The notes beneath the pieces are model-generated. The model was not told the origin of the DNA. It did no database searches and saw only the letters and a list, made by a program, of their open reading frames with translations. Positions 62,580 to 64,000 of a DNA stretch of 64,000 nucleotides are shown here, one piece after another. The position numbers and the translations under genes were made by a program. Within the stretch, counting starts at the first letter, position 1. Each line of letters begins with the position of its first letter. The stretch is from Lama glama (lineage: Eukaryota), in contig CM052817.1 of the NCBI GenBank assembly GCA_028534125.1, positions 12,526,001 to 12,590,000 of the forward strand, given 5' to 3'.

Positions 62580-63200
62580 CGTCTACCTTTTGTGGCTCTG
62601 AACTGCCCTGGCGGTTAAGGCCCCTGGGAATCCCAACTTTGGCGCGGGATGCTTGCTTATTATCCAGGCTGCCGTAAGTTCTCCCTCCCATTCTTCACGG
62701 GGGACGGGAGGATTCAGAACTATTTGGAGTTCAGCTGCTTCATAAATCACATTGCATTTCAGTTTATTCAATAGTTTATGAATAATCGTGGAGACAAAGG
62801 GAAGAAGGACATTTATATGACTTAGGCAGCCGAGGGGTGTCTGGGATGCTGGCGGTTACACTGCATTCGGAAGAGTGTCAACTCTGCTCTCATATGTCTG
62901 CCAGACCTGGACAAAAGAGTCTGTCATTCCCAACCAGACGAAAGCACATCAGTATCAACACTACGTGTAAATGTGGAGTTATCCAAAGCTGGTGCGTTTG
63001 TCTTTTCAGCCAAGTTTGAGACAGCAGAGGGTGTCTGTCGTGCCAAACACGTGGGACACACAAACACTCCCCTCAAGTCCCGTCTCCAATCCGCTGCCAT
63101 CTGCCCCCAGACTGAACTTGAGATCAGAGTTACACAGAATTATTCCCGTATAGTCAGCGCCAGCGTCACAGATCCAAACACTGAGCAGAGAGCGGTGGTC
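62580..63200. promoter_or_regulatory. Candidate enhancer (CpG-enriched unique DNA)
   Basis: PBX-HOX consensus TGATTTATG on the - strand at 62741-62749; other motifs; more CpG than the rest of the window. Confidence 0.35.
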
Positions 63201-64000
63201 ACAGTGTCCAGACAGAGGAGTGACCTTTGGAAACTCCTTCATGCCTCAGTTTTTAAGATTCTACTGTTTAGGGTGGTGGCAAAGAGCAAATCAGGCAATT
63301 CAGAGGAAACATCTAAGACGGTTCCTGGCACAAAGGAAGAACGTCCTCCATGGAGTCTGTGGCTCTTCTTACTCAGGATAGGACCTACGCAGCCACAACT
63401 GATACAATTCAGAGTGGTGCTGTTTGAACAAAACAGATAGGACAAAGGGGACTAAGATGTTGTGGGGGACCTCCACTCTCTCAATGATGGCTGCTTCCTC
63501 CGACTTACTCCTCAGTAATCCCTATTCACCAAGACTCCCAGGAAATTACCCGAAATTCATTTCTACCAATATGAAAAGATTCCTAGAAACTCAAAGTGAG
63601 ACCTCTTATAAGAGGAATATTTCTTGTTTTAGAGAATTAATATAAACTTCGGTTAAAGACAAAAAAAAAAAACTCTAGCTGAAATTTCACTGATCGAGCA
63701 ATTCATTTATTCAATTATTCATCAAACCTTTCTTAACATCTACCATAGCCAAGAACCCTGCTAGGTACTCCCTAGCAAGGAAGGTTAAGACAGGAATTTT
63801 TAGAGCCTGGTTGGGATCTTGTATCCATAAACAGATAGCTATGTGTCAAGGTACAATGACTGCTGCAATGACTTATGCATTAAAAAAAAAATTTTAAGAA
63901 CCTAAAGGAGAGCTTTCCTTTATTTCCAGTGAAGGAAAGTGATTGGGTTGGAGGGAAGAATTTATGTACTCCAAGCAAAATGACATCAAATCACCCAAAC

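Noticed and set aside
62973..63440. 155-aa plus ORF (MELSKAGAF...)
   Set aside because: No recognisable family; length attainable by chance in this GC-richer stretch. BLASTP/PhyloCSF would settle it.
1..64000. CRISPR array, operon or prokaryotic defence system
   Set aside because: No regularly spaced repeats or dense ORFs; the sequence is mammalian repeat-rich DNA.

Overview
AT-rich, CpG-poor mammalian genomic DNA, not prokaryotic. Two tRNA-derived SINEs resembling vic-1 plus artiodactyl-type L1 3' ends suggest a camelid (inference from remembered consensus, no database search). Much of the window is decayed interspersed repeats (L1 of several ages, L2, MIR, L3/CR1, MaLR/ERV LTRs, hAT MITEs), with three assembly gaps (12190-12689, 18141-18240, 33480-33979). 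I recognise no intact named gene; the protein-like ORFs in the track are L1 ORF1/ORF2 relics. The most interesting signals are: (i) a phase-compatible chain of small + strand exon-like segments (5.7-33.2 kb) with disabling lesions, possibly an unprocessed pseudogene; (ii) a diverged ~200-bp duplicated exon-like unit on the - strand (34.95 and 37.47 kb) with nearby candidate micro-exons; (iii) retrotransposition signatures, namely a candidate L1 3' transduction, a twin-primed inverted L1, an ORF1-less L1, a poly(A)-only insertion and a triple-nested element; (iv) repeat-free candidate enhancers near 58 and 63 kb. Repeat family names are by-eye calls, and boundaries are approximate unless TSDs are quoted.
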